40,000 nucleotides of DNA from positions 12,379 through 52,378 of the forward strand of contig NZ_LCTF01000006.1 in NCBI RefSeq assembly GCF_001663375.1, given 5' to 3'. Positions 8,724-20,482 of the stretch are shown here, piece by piece. The notes beneath the pieces were generated by a model. It worked only from the letters and a program-made list of their open reading frames with translations, did no database searches and was not told where the DNA came from. The first letter of the stretch is position 1, and every line of letters starts with the position of its first letter. The position numbers and the translations under genes are program-made. Origin of the DNA: Caldivirga sp. MU80. GTDB taxonomy: Archaea; Thermoproteota; Thermoprotei; Thermoproteales; Thermocladiaceae.

Positions 8724-9899
8724 TCACGCACTTATGTAAAGCTTTATTGGCGAGAATTCATCGTGTTGAAGAACTTCAGCCGCGGTTAACCTACCATTCA
8801 TGACCCTCAGGGCGTAGTTGAAGATCCTCTCACCAGCCTCAGTTAGGCTAACCTTAAGCTCCAGTAGATCTGAAACATCAACATCAATGTGCTCGCTCAT
8901 CGCCTTAATGGTCTTGGGGTTGGCGGAAATTTTGATGACTGGTATTACTGGGTGACCCACTAGGTTTCCCTGGCCCGTGGTGAAGAAGTGCAGCACAGAT
9001 CCCTTAGCGGCGAATAGCGTAATAGCCTCAGCTGCCGCTGATGAGGTGTTCACGAAGCATAATCCTGCATTCCTTGGCACAGGATCTAGGTAATCGGCTA
9101 CGCAGGTTATTGGCCTTGTGCCCAGCTTCTGGATGTTGCCGAGGGCCTTCTCCTCTATTGTCGACAACCCACCCTTGATGTTGCCCTCCGTGGGTTGTGA
9201 ACCGAGTAGATCAACCCCTTCACTCTCAATTATGCTAACGTACTCGTTGTATATCCTCATGAACTTGTTCCTCAATGCCGGATCGCTTATGCGACCTGCC
9301 ACAATATCCTCACCGCCTGTTAACTCAGATGTTTCACCAAACATGACCGTGTTACCTAGGTCAACCAACTTATCCACTGTGTAGCCTAATGCAGGGTTTG
9401 AGGCTAGGCCTGATGTGGTATCTGACTCACCGCACTTAATACTGAACTGGATTCCGGTTAAATCAACCTCGGTTCTCTGAACCTCACTGGCCTCTTGGAC
9501 TAGCTCCTTAGCCTTCCTGGAGGCCATTTCAATGGTCCTCAAGTCACCGTTACCCTCAATGCCGAATACGTAAACCGGCTTACCCGTCTTAGCTATGCCA
9601 TCAGCCACCTTATTAGCCCAATTATCCTCAATGCCAATCACTATTGCACCGTAGACGTTTGGATTGGCGCCAGTGCCGGATAATATGTGAAAGAGCAAGT
9701 TTAGGTCTCTGCCGAACTGTAGCCTACCGTAGGGGTGTGGTATAGCCACGGTACCCCTGATTAACTTGGCAGCTCCTAACGCCGCTGTGTTAGAAAGGTC
9801 ATCCACTGGGATAATCACTACGTGGTTTCTAATCCCAACACTACCATCTGGCCTAACGTAAGCCTTAATTGTTGGGTACTTGCCTGCCATGCCAATCAC
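8724..9899 (-). CDS. uxaA: UxaA/GarD-family (altronate/galactarate-type) dehydratase, large subunit
   Basis: 391 aa, with GIRNHVVIIPV near the N-terminus and a UxaA C-domain-like pattern. The start overlaps the stop of the upstream SAF-domain ORF by 4 nt. Confidence 0.8.
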   Translation of the reverse strand: MIGMAGKYPTIKAYVRPDGSVGIRNHVVIIPVDDLSNTAALGAAKLIRGTVAIPHPYGRLQFGRDLNLLFHILSGTGANPNVYGAIVIGIEDNWANKVADGIAKTGKPVYVFGIEGNGDLRTIEMASRKAKELVQEASEVQRTEVDLTGIQFSIKCGESDTTSGLASNPALGYTVDKLVDLGNTVMFGETSELTGGEDIVAGRISDPALRNKFMRIYNEYVSIIESEGVDLLGSQPTEGNIKGGLSTIEEKALGNIQKLGTRPITCVADYLDPVPRNAGLCFVNTSSAAAEAITLFAAKGSVLHFFTTGQGNLVGHPVIPVIKISANPKTIKAMSEHIDVDVSDLLELKVSLTEAGERIFNYALRVMNGRLTAAEVLQHDEFSPIKLYISA

Positions 9900-10195
9900 C
9901 TCCTCGCCAAGTTACCCCACTTTATGGATTTAACATTATGAATATGTACATGCTCCCCAACCTTAATATCCCTAGTGGCTACCCCAATAACCCTACCGTA
10001 CTTAATGACACTCTCCCCAGCCTTAATGTCCCTTAACGCTATCTTATGGCCTAGTGGTATGTCCTCAAGCGCCTTAATGACAGGCCCCATAGACCTATCC
10101 TCTATATAAACCCCCTGAGCCTCATCCCCAGCCCTTATATCCTCAATAGCCACACCCACGTTATCCTCCCTATTATGTATGGCGAACCTGGGCAT
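9896..10195 (-). CDS. UxaA-family dehydratase small subunit (SAF domain)
   Basis: 99 aa: NVGVAIEDIRAGD...GHKIALRDIKAGESVIKYG...GEHVHIHN. This is the SAF beta-clip domain that forms the N-terminus of single-chain UxaA. It is translationally coupled to the large subunit. Confidence 0.8.
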   Translation of the reverse strand: MPRFAIHNREDNVGVAIEDIRAGDEAQGVYIEDRSMGPVIKALEDIPLGHKIALRDIKAGESVIKYGRVIGVATRDIKVGEHVHIHNVKSIKWGNLARR

Positions 10196-10344
10196 ATTAG
10201 GTGTGCCGGCCTTGGAGTTTTATACTTTTCCGTATACTTAAAAACACGTTAATCATGACTGTGCATAATGCCAAGTGAGCAACATTGCACCTAGTGATTA
10301 TTAGCACAACGTTTAAATACCTATACATTAGATATTAACCTAAT

Positions 10345-10692
10345 ATGCCTCCGAATCAACCAATAGGCGAAAAGGAGCCATTCTACTTCAAATCATTCAA
10401 TAATGTAATCGGCATTGCGCATAACGTCACCGAACTTGAGGCAGAGTTAGCAAGGTTAATTAACGTTGATAAGGAGGCCGTGAAATACCATTTAAGGGAG
10501 GGTCACATAGTCCAGTGGTTAAGGTATATCGGGGAGGGTGAACTAGCCGAGAGACTAACCAACGTAACCGAACCCGAACAGGCACTCCAAATTGTGAGGG
10601 ATTATCTAAGCGGTAAAGGTAGGAACGAGATGAGGGGTGGTAGGAGGGGTCAAGGCCCTAGGCGCCATCACAGGCATGCAAAACCCTACTAA
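10345..10692 (+). CDS. Small hypothetical protein with an Arg/His-rich basic tail
   Basis: 115 aa: FYFKSF..IGIAHNVTELEAEL....VKYHLREGHIVQWLRYIGEGELAERL, then GRNEMRGGRRGQGPRRHHRHAKPY. It resembles an archaeal domain of unknown function that I cannot name with certainty. Confidence 0.5.
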   Translation: MPPNQPIGEKEPFYFKSFNNVIGIAHNVTELEAELARLINVDKEAVKYHLREGHIVQWLRYIGEGELAERLTNVTEPEQALQIVRDYLSGKGRNEMRGGRRGQGPRRHHRHAKPY

Positions 10693-10762
10693 CCTTAAAG
10701 TGTGGTGCAGTTCGGCTCGAATAGAATTAAATAGTTAAATAAGACTACGTTAAACGTGACGC

Positions 10763-11920
10763 ATGGGTATCTTGGAGAGGTTGGGGGTGCGTAGGATTGT
10801 TAATGCCTGTGGAACGTTAACCGTGCTTGGTGGAAATAGGGTTAGCCCATCGGTGATAGAGGCTATGAGGGAGGTGGCCGAATCCTTCGTAGACATGAAT
10901 GAACTGCTCATTAAGTCTGGGGAGTATGTGGCCAGGTTACTCAATGTACCTGGGGCGTTAATCACAAGTGGTGCCGGTGCTGGGCTAGTGCTGGCAGTTG
11001 CCTCGGCGATAACCGGTGGTGATGTTGAGAAGATGAGTAGGTTACCGTTCACCGAGGGCATGAGGAATGAAGTTGTGGTTCAGTACCCACACACCGTGGG
11101 CAACCCATACGTCTACTTCATCAACATACCAGGTGGTAAACTTAAAGTCGTGGGATCTCCAGGCGGGGTCACTGAGGATGATATTAAAAACGCCATGAGT
11201 GAAAAGGTAGCTGCGGTAGTGCACTTCCAGTATGAACCACAGGAGGGTGAATTACCCCTCAGTAGGGTTATTGAGATAGCCCACGACCACGGCGTACCTG
11301 TTATTGTCGACGCAGCCGCTGAGCTACCACCAGTAACCAACCTGACTAGGTTCATTAAAATGGGGGCTGACTTGGTAGTGTTCAGCGGCGGTAAGGATAT
11401 TGGCGCACCAAACGACACTGGGTTAATATTAGTCAATAACCTTAAGCTACTTGAGGCATGTAGGCTACTGGGCCCATTCAGCTATATCAACGTTAATGGG
11501 CAGGTCAGGGTATTCATAGGTAGGGCGATGAAGATCAGTAAGGAGGATATTGTCGCATTCGTCGCCGCACTGGAGAACTACGTTAAGGTTAACCATGAGG
11601 AGAGGTTAAGGGTAATGAATGAACTGGCGGATTACATAATAAGCGAATTGAAGTCCACATTACCTAAGTTACAGGTTAGGAAGAGGGTTAATGCCCCTAA
11701 TGAACGTGTGAGGCCCGTCGTGGTGCCTAAAGTTGAGATTGAGTTACCCAGGGACCGCGTGAGGCTTTACATAGAACTTTTGAAGAGGGGTGATCCACCC
11801 ATATACCTATGTGAATGCGACGGCCACCTATGCATAAGTACGCACACGTTAAGTAAGGATGAGACGGAACTGGTGGTTGAAAGGCTCAGGAACATAATGA
11901 ATAAGTATCCACCGTATTAA
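10763..11920 (+). CDS. SelA-like / DgaE-like PLP-dependent enzyme
   Basis: 385 aa. N-terminus RRIVNACGTLTVLGG. Candidate PLP-lysine context VFSGGKDIGAPNDTGLI resembles the SelA-family S-G-x-K-x-x-G-G-P motif. Confidence 0.65.
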   Translation: MGILERLGVRRIVNACGTLTVLGGNRVSPSVIEAMREVAESFVDMNELLIKSGEYVARLLNVPGALITSGAGAGLVLAVASAITGGDVEKMSRLPFTEGMRNEVVVQYPHTVGNPYVYFINIPGGKLKVVGSPGGVTEDDIKNAMSEKVAAVVHFQYEPQEGELPLSRVIEIAHDHGVPVIVDAAAELPPVTNLTRFIKMGADLVVFSGGKDIGAPNDTGLILVNNLKLLEACRLLGPFSYINVNGQVRVFIGRAMKISKEDIVAFVAALENYVKVNHEERLRVMNELADYIISELKSTLPKLQVRKRVNAPNERVRPVVVPKVEIELPRDRVRLYIELLKRGDPPIYLCECDGHLCISTHTLSKDETELVVERLRNIMNKYPPY

Positions 11921-12090
11921 TGCAGCTCTAAACATCACTTAATTATTTCTTCAGATGAGTTATCTTTATCTTAGGAGTAGACGGTGAGCATGTATAATGA
12001 TCATTTGAAGATGATTCTAGAGTTAGCTTTAACTTCTCAATAATAACCCTGATCATTTACCTGCATTATTAAAAAGGGATTTTAATTTAA

Positions 12091-12312
12091 TTACGCCAGT
12101 TTATACATCCTATTTCTCCTATCGTATATTAGTGTTATTGGTTCATTTAGGTTCGGTATTATTATTACATTATCGAACTCCTGATTCCTTGCTACTGCGT
12201 CGTATTCATCGGTATGCTGTGCATTCACTGTACTAGCCATTACTAGGCCTCTCCTTATCCTAAACGCGGTACCCATAGCATTTACTACACCCCTTATGCT
12301 CATTCTTCTCAC
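12091..12312 (-). CDS. Small hypothetical protein (73 aa)
   Basis: The ATG at 12312 lies about 30 nt downstream of a minus-strand TATATAAAC-type box (around 12340-12348). No family recognised. Lies in the AT-rich islet. Confidence 0.35.
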   Translation of the reverse strand: MRRMSIRGVVNAMGTAFRIRRGLVMASTVNAQHTDEYDAVARNQEFDNVIIIPNLNEPITLIYDRRNRMYKLA

Positions 12313-12481
12313 CTCGGGTGCATCACCCAGGTTAGGGTTTATATAGCTTATTGGTTTATTGGGTGGATCCTATAAATATACCCCAACAATAAATATATAC
12401 TATATAGATAATGCCTAGGCTACGGTAAGACGAGTAATCATCCCAGAGTTAGGTATTTATACTACTACGCTGCATTAACTT

Positions 12482-12943
12482 ATGCGAATACATCTAGATG
12501 TAAATGAAATTGGTGAAGCTAAGTTAATTGAATGTAAAGCTGAGTTAGAATTGGCTAAGATTCTCTTGAAATCAGGCCTGCTTAGAGGCGCCGCGGTTAA
12601 GGTTATTCAAGCTTGGAGAGCCTACTTATCCTACATCGCAAGCCTTAACGCAAACCTAATAAGGATTAATGGGGTTAGGAGGGTTAGTGAGAGTATTGAG
12701 GTTGATGCCAGTGAGTTCATTATTGCAACAATGCCAATTAAGTTAATGATGAGGGTTTCCGAGATGCTGAGGAGCGTAGACCCGGAGCTCATGGAGTTAA
12801 CGGCATTGGCACTACTCACCTATGAGTATTGGTGCGCCAATTCATGCAGTGATAGTACGGGTAGGGTTATTGATGATGAATTGGCCAAGGGTATTATAGC
12901 CAAGTTACTCAGCAGGATTGAGAGGAAGATTAATTCAATTTAA
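12482..12943 (+). CDS. PaREP1-like (HEPN-like helical) protein
   Basis: 153 aa. AELELAKILLKSGLLRGAAVKVIQAWRAYLSYIA matches my memory of the PaREP1 pattern (A..lL..G....A..K.w.A......a). GTATTTATACT lies about 25-30 nt upstream of the ATG. Confidence 0.45.
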   Translation: MRIHLDVNEIGEAKLIECKAELELAKILLKSGLLRGAAVKVIQAWRAYLSYIASLNANLIRINGVRRVSESIEVDASEFIIATMPIKLMMRVSEMLRSVDPELMELTALALLTYEYWCANSCSDSTGRVIDDELAKGIIAKLLSRIERKINSI

Positions 12944-12964
12944 GGAGTTGAATGATCCTGTAAA

Positions 12965-15360
<2,396 letters not shown>

Positions 15361-15611
15361 CCCAGATTACCCACTGAAGTATTACCCTTATTGTGCAGTA
15401 TCTGTACTGCTGTGTATACACCGGCATTAGTTAAGGTGCGTATTCTGCATATAGCCATATAGCAAAGGTTACCCATAATAATTTAAATAAAGAATCATGG
15501 CGTATTGAACCCATTGTTAAGTCACTAAACCATGCTGCATTTAAACCATGATGCAGTAAGTACCTAGTATTAAGCCCAATTCACTTTCACTTAAATCGAA
15601 AGTAACCGTGA

Positions 15612-15631
15612 ATGAAGAGGGCCCTCTTCAT
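15612..15631. repeat. 20-bp perfect palindrome ATGAAGAGGGCCCTCTTCAT
   Basis: Read directly from the sequence; it is its own reverse complement. Lies in the 392-nt gap between nadA and the membrane-protein gene. Confidence 0.9.
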
Positions 15632-15752
15632 GGGTAGTCCTAGTTCATTAAGCCTTTAAAGGTAACCCTACTATAATGACCGGTAGCATAAGGTTAACTA
15701 CCCCTGAACAAAGAGTAACACAAGTTTCGAGCAAACAGGAAAAGAGGTGGGA

Positions 15753-16343
15753 TTATTTACTAGGCTCCTTCACGCTTAACAATGCGACACCTATTATTAT
15801 CCACGCTATCATAATTATGAACACACCTATAACTATGAAGGTTAACACAGCCCCTATTAGGTAAATCAAACCTCCAGTACTGAAGAGGCTTTCATTAGTG
15901 CGGGTACTCATGGTTTCCATAGCCCTACGTAGGTAAATAGCTGATAATAGGAAGAAAACCGCCGCAATGATAATGAATATTACGAGGGTTAATAAGCCTG
16001 GGAATATAAACCGCATACCACTGTAGGGTATCATGGGGTGGGTTACGATGGCTGAGTGGTATACGACTACCAAAGCCATGATGCCTGAGGCCAGTAGGAT
16101 TAATGCTATTAAACCGAATATGAACCAGTAAATTACGTCTGACCTAAGCCTACTATCATTGAAGTAATTGGCCAATTCCAGCATACCAATTAGGAACAGG
16201 ATTATGCCTATTATTGATGGTACAACATAACCAAATACACCCACACCCGCAAGTATAGCGCCTACCCCAGCAAGCACCTTAGCGGAGTCAAAACTCATGA
16301 GGCTAATTCTAAGCATCATTTTTAAGTATTTCGCAATTAACAT
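15753..16343 (-). CDS. Polytopic membrane protein (possibly DUF996-like)
   Basis: 196 aa with about 5-6 hydrophobic spans. The family name is only a recollection. Confidence 0.55.
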   Translation of the reverse strand: MLIAKYLKMMLRISLMSFDSAKVLAGVGAILAGVGVFGYVVPSIIGIILFLIGMLELANYFNDSRLRSDVIYWFIFGLIALILLASGIMALVVVYHSAIVTHPMIPYSGMRFIFPGLLTLVIFIIIAAVFFLLSAIYLRRAMETMSTRTNESLFSTGGLIYLIGAVLTFIVIGVFIIMIAWIIIGVALLSVKEPSK

Positions 16344-16568
16344 GGGCTTATTCCGATAGAGCTTATCGCATATGCACTATAACTGCTGTGGATTTAAACT
16401 AGGATTAAGAGAGGTTAAAGGTTACTAAACATCAGTAAAAGCTATGATGGTAGGTGATGGGAATGCATTCTAGGCTTTTAGGGAATAGGTGCTCAGTTGA
16501 AGGCAGTGTAAAGCTGGGAGACAGGAAACCTCATACCTCAAAAGGAGTAGTCTCGCTTAGATTTTAGC

Positions 16569-17939
16569 CTATTGCCTTATGCTGTCGAGGAGTTCCTTTA
16601 TACTCTTCATTACGCTTCCCCTTAGGTTATTGAACTTTTCAACGTTGGATGCCTCGATTGTAACCCTGAGTAGGTTCTCTGTACCACTTGGCCTAACTAG
16701 GAACCATGAGTCTGGGTAATTAACCCTAATGCCATCTATGGTTATAACCTCACCACCCCAATCCCTTTCCCTAAGCTTATCCACTAGCTTCCTGGCTGTT
16801 TCCCTATCCACCTCCAGCCTCTCCCTGGCTGTCACCATGCTCGGCATCCTTGAGTTTAACTCTGATAGCCTGGCCCTTTGCTCGGCTAGTACCTGCATCA
16901 TCAGTAGTGTTGTGGATATCCCATCCCTTACCGGGTGGTGCCTTGGCCAAATGAACCCTCCATTATCCTCGAAGCCGCATAGGGCACCTATCTCCATGAC
17001 CCTGTGGCTAACGTCCACTGAACCAACCCTAGTCCAAACAACCTCACCTCCAGCCCCCTCCACAGCCCACTTGACCACTATGCTTGAGGATACCGGCGTG
17101 ACTACCCTATCACCCTTCTTAATCATTGACAACGCCAATATTGTACCAGTCCTATCACCCCACACCACGTTACCCCCCTCATCTATGAAGAGTGACCTAT
17201 CACCATCACCATCATAGGCAACGCCGAAGTCGGCACTAGCCTCCACCACAGCTCTCGAAGCGACGTTAAGGTTATCCGGCCTAGGCTCGGGGACTCTACC
17301 TGGGAATTCACCGTCAAGGTGGCCGTTTATCGAGTTCACCTTGACGTTAAGCCCCCTGAGGACGTATGGTAACGCTATTGAGTTCACGCTGTTTGCGAAG
17401 TCAGCCACTATCCTGAATCCCCTACCCTTAATCAAATCCACGTTGACTAAGCTTAGTAGGTGTTCCCGGTATTCCCTTAACCCATCCTCAACATTTATGA
17501 ACCTGACTCTTCCAATATCACGGTAATCCACCGTTTCCTTAAACCTACCGCTGTAGAATATTGACTCAACCTCCTCCTCAATGTTCCTATTAACCTCAAC
17601 CCCATCACTACCCATAAGTTTAATACCGTTGTAGTGGGGTGGATTGTGGCTGGCGGTCACCATTACACCCGCCCTATAGCCCCACGCCTTAGTTAGGTAT
17701 TGATGCACAGGCGTTGGTAATGGCCCAATCACGTCAACGCCAAGGCCATACATTGATAATACGCCGTACAGTGTACCCACTATTGATAGGCTGGTTAACC
17801 TAACGTCAAAACCCAGTAGGACATCGCCGTTGTTGATGTAGGTTGCAATTGCCTTACCAAGCCTAACTATGAACTCTGGGTCATAACTACCCCTCGTGAA
17901 CTCCAACCTAACCCCATTGGTCCCAAATAGTCTGCCCAC
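16569..17939 (-). CDS. Phosphohexomutase (phosphoglucosamine / phosphomannomutase family)
   Basis: 456 aa. Active-site serine loop TASHNPPHYNGIK and Mg loop AYDGDGDRSLF. Confidence 0.9.
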   Translation of the reverse strand: MGRLFGTNGVRLEFTRGSYDPEFIVRLGKAIATYINNGDVLLGFDVRLTSLSIVGTLYGVLSMYGLGVDVIGPLPTPVHQYLTKAWGYRAGVMVTASHNPPHYNGIKLMGSDGVEVNRNIEEEVESIFYSGRFKETVDYRDIGRVRFINVEDGLREYREHLLSLVNVDLIKGRGFRIVADFANSVNSIALPYVLRGLNVKVNSINGHLDGEFPGRVPEPRPDNLNVASRAVVEASADFGVAYDGDGDRSLFIDEGGNVVWGDRTGTILALSMIKKGDRVVTPVSSSIVVKWAVEGAGGEVVWTRVGSVDVSHRVMEIGALCGFEDNGGFIWPRHHPVRDGISTTLLMMQVLAEQRARLSELNSRMPSMVTARERLEVDRETARKLVDKLRERDWGGEVITIDGIRVNYPDSWFLVRPSGTENLLRVTIEASNVEKFNNLRGSVMKSIKELLDSIRQ

Positions 17940-18011
17940 TCTTTAACCTCCGTTGATGTGTTTTAAATGCATGACTATTAATCTGCAGGAACTTTCATAG
18001 AGTGAATCAAC

Positions 18012-18803
18012 TTAATGGATCCTTAGGTACTGGGCGCCTAGTATGTTTGACACCTCCTCAGCCTCCCTGCTATGCTCATCGCCAAGCAACACACTGCCGT
18101 TACTAGTTATGGCAGCGTATTTACCGTGGGTGTGCGCCAGTAGGTAGGACTCCTTGACCTTTAGGTTTAGTACGTGGTTTATCTCCACCCTCCTCTCCCT
18201 AATCCTCTGGTCTGGGTCCTTGACCTCAAGGCCCCACCCCTCCACGATATTCTCCCCGAAGAGTTCGATTAGCAGTTGAGCCTTCTCGACACTCACATCG
18301 ATACTCCCCCTCTCATACTCGTAAACGCTCTTCCTACTAACCGACAGTAACTCGGCTATATCCCCCAGGCTTAAGCCGTGCCTTAACCTAAGCTCCCTCA
18401 GTAGCCAACCCTTTATCTTAACCTTGGTGACCCCACCCTCATTCTTCATCATTATCGGCTTGCCCCTAAGTAAATCCCCAAGCGTTTTGGGGGTTAGTTG
18501 AGGTATCCCAGATTGCTCATAGAGCACGCCGTCCTGAAGCTCCTCGTTCCTCCTGCTCTCACCCACTAGTATTGGCTTGGCGTTAAAGACCCTATGCATT
18601 ATGAGTAGGTCTATTATGCGGCTCCTCGGTATTGCTGATGAATCCGCGCTCACCTTAAGCACAAGCCTACCCAGGCTACCCTTCACATCTGCGACTATGG
18701 TGTATGAGTAATCATCCTCATCAACAACTACAGATCTAGCCCCAACTCCATTAAGCTCCTCGGCCACCAAATCCATCAATCTCCCACTACCTCTCCCAGG
18801 CAT
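18012..18803 (-). CDS. Archaeal XRE-type HTH transcriptional regulator (COG1395-like)
   Basis: 263 aa. HTH segment LRHGLSLGDIAELLSVSRKSVYEYERG in the central region. Divergent from the cyd genes. Confidence 0.7.
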   Translation of the reverse strand: MPGRGSGRLMDLVAEELNGVGARSVVVDEDDYSYTIVADVKGSLGRLVLKVSADSSAIPRSRIIDLLIMHRVFNAKPILVGESRRNEELQDGVLYEQSGIPQLTPKTLGDLLRGKPIMMKNEGGVTKVKIKGWLLRELRLRHGLSLGDIAELLSVSRKSVYEYERGSIDVSVEKAQLLIELFGENIVEGWGLEVKDPDQRIRERRVEINHVLNLKVKESYLLAHTHGKYAAITSNGSVLLGDEHSREAEEVSNILGAQYLRIH

Positions 18804-19040
18804 CGCCGTTGCAGTATTATGCTGGAACCCTATTAATATTCCTTACGGTTTGCGGGTATTTAACATTCATAGAGGACTCAGAATGTCATTAAACTTAGAT
18901 CTATCAAATAGGTTAAAATTGGCCTTGAATTGGTATATGAAATTAATATTGAGATTATTTTCCAATAGGTTAATTAATTTACATTTAAATAGATTTCTAT
19001 TTAATGGAGTAAAATTTATAAACAATGCGATTAGATATAC

Positions 19041-20480
19041 TTGATTAGTATGCCTATAGGCTACATCCTCCTTCCAGCGGCGTGGATTAGCTTACTGGAT
19101 GAGGCTAGGTGGATAAGTGCAGTTGGTGTACTAGCTCACCTGGGCTTAGCATCAGCATTCCTTGGTACGATCTTAATGGCCGTGGTTGCTGAGTTCCTCT
19201 ACATAACTAGGCATGATGAGACTTGGCGTGATAAGGCGAGGATGTTCTCCGTGGTTTCAACAATCTTCTTCGGGGTTGGTGCAGCCTTCGGTACATTGGT
19301 TGAATTTGGTCTAGTTACCATATGGAGCAATTTCATTACCATAATAGGCTCCGCGATAGTCCTACCATTCTACCTTGAGTTATTCGCCTTCCTAACCGAG
19401 GTCATAATACTGCCACTTTACGTATTCACGTGGAGTAAGATTAAGAACGCATGGGTCCATTGGGTAATTGGCCTAGCCGCAGCCTTTGGTGGTTACTGGA
19501 GTGCCTACAACATACTTGCCGTAATGGCGTCACTCAGCATGAGGCCACCTGGCCTCATAGTTCAGAACCTCGCCTCAACGACAGGGAAGACTGTTGCCGG
19601 CTTAACGGATTATTTAGTAACCTGGGCTAAGCCAACTGACGTTTGGAATATGTTTTGGTGGGGGGCTAACGTATTCATATTCCACGGTATTTTGGCGGCT
19701 GCCATATTGACCTGGTCAGTGATAAGTGCAATATACCTATATGGTTACCTGCGTGAACGCAGGCCAGATCAAATGAAGGTGCTTAGGGTTACCGTACCGG
19801 GTGTGGCTATTATGACCGCTGTCGAGGGCTTCATACTTGGCCATGAGCAGGGTGAGCTGGTGTTTCAATTTGACCCATTGAAGCTGGCCGCCATAGAGGG
19901 CTTATTCTGGAAGGGGCTCAAGGTTGATCCTTTAATGAGCCTCCTTGTCTATGGTACACTTAACCATGCCTTCTGGGGCTACTACTCATGGCCAGCTGAC
20001 GTGAGGCCACCACTTGCACCATTCGACTTCCTGCCGATATTCTACCTAGGCTTCATGGTGACCCTAGGCGTGTTACTGGGCGTGTGGAGTGGTGGTCTGT
20101 CACTATGGTACCTGTTCAACGGCTTCTTCAGTAGGTTTAACTGGGCTAGGGCAATTGCCTCATTCCTGGAGAGGACTGGCCCATACGCCATGCCGCTCTT
20201 CGCAGCGTTAGCCTCCATAGGTGGTGCGGTAACCGCTGAGAGTGGGAGGGTTCCATTCATACTGGTTAAGGCCTCACCGGATCCGAACGGTGGGCCACCG
20301 GTAGTGTCAGGTGTCCCCATATACAGTGGTGGATTAATTAACCCAACCCTTAGCCTACCCGGCTGGTTAGTGGCCTTGGTTGTAATAGTTGAGGTTGCCA
20401 TGCCGGCGTTAGCCGTATACATGGTCTACATATACATTAAGCGTAGGGCGGTTAGAGAGGCGCAGGTGGTTGAATACTAG
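19041..20480 (+). CDS. cydA: Cytochrome bd-type oxidase subunit I
   Basis: 479 aa polytopic protein. His in TM1 (VLAHLGLA), GAAFGTLVEFG, and QFDPLKLAAIEGLFW, which matches the conserved Q.xK.AA.E..w segment of CydA. Confidence 0.85.
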   Translation: MISMPIGYILLPAAWISLLDEARWISAVGVLAHLGLASAFLGTILMAVVAEFLYITRHDETWRDKARMFSVVSTIFFGVGAAFGTLVEFGLVTIWSNFITIIGSAIVLPFYLELFAFLTEVIILPLYVFTWSKIKNAWVHWVIGLAAAFGGYWSAYNILAVMASLSMRPPGLIVQNLASTTGKTVAGLTDYLVTWAKPTDVWNMFWWGANVFIFHGILAAAILTWSVISAIYLYGYLRERRPDQMKVLRVTVPGVAIMTAVEGFILGHEQGELVFQFDPLKLAAIEGLFWKGLKVDPLMSLLVYGTLNHAFWGYYSWPADVRPPLAPFDFLPIFYLGFMVTLGVLLGVWSGGLSLWYLFNGFFSRFNWARAIASFLERTGPYAMPLFAALASIGGAVTAESGRVPFILVKASPDPNGGPPVVSGVPIYSGGLINPTLSLPGWLVALVVIVEVAMPALAVYMVYIYIKRRAVREAQVVEY

Positions 20481-20482
20481 GG

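Noticed and set aside
18850-19044. 64-aa ORF upstream of cydA.
   Set aside because: It lies wholly within the very AT-rich promoter region. Its Asn/Leu/Arg-rich low-complexity translation and overlap with the cydA start make it look like a compositional artefact.
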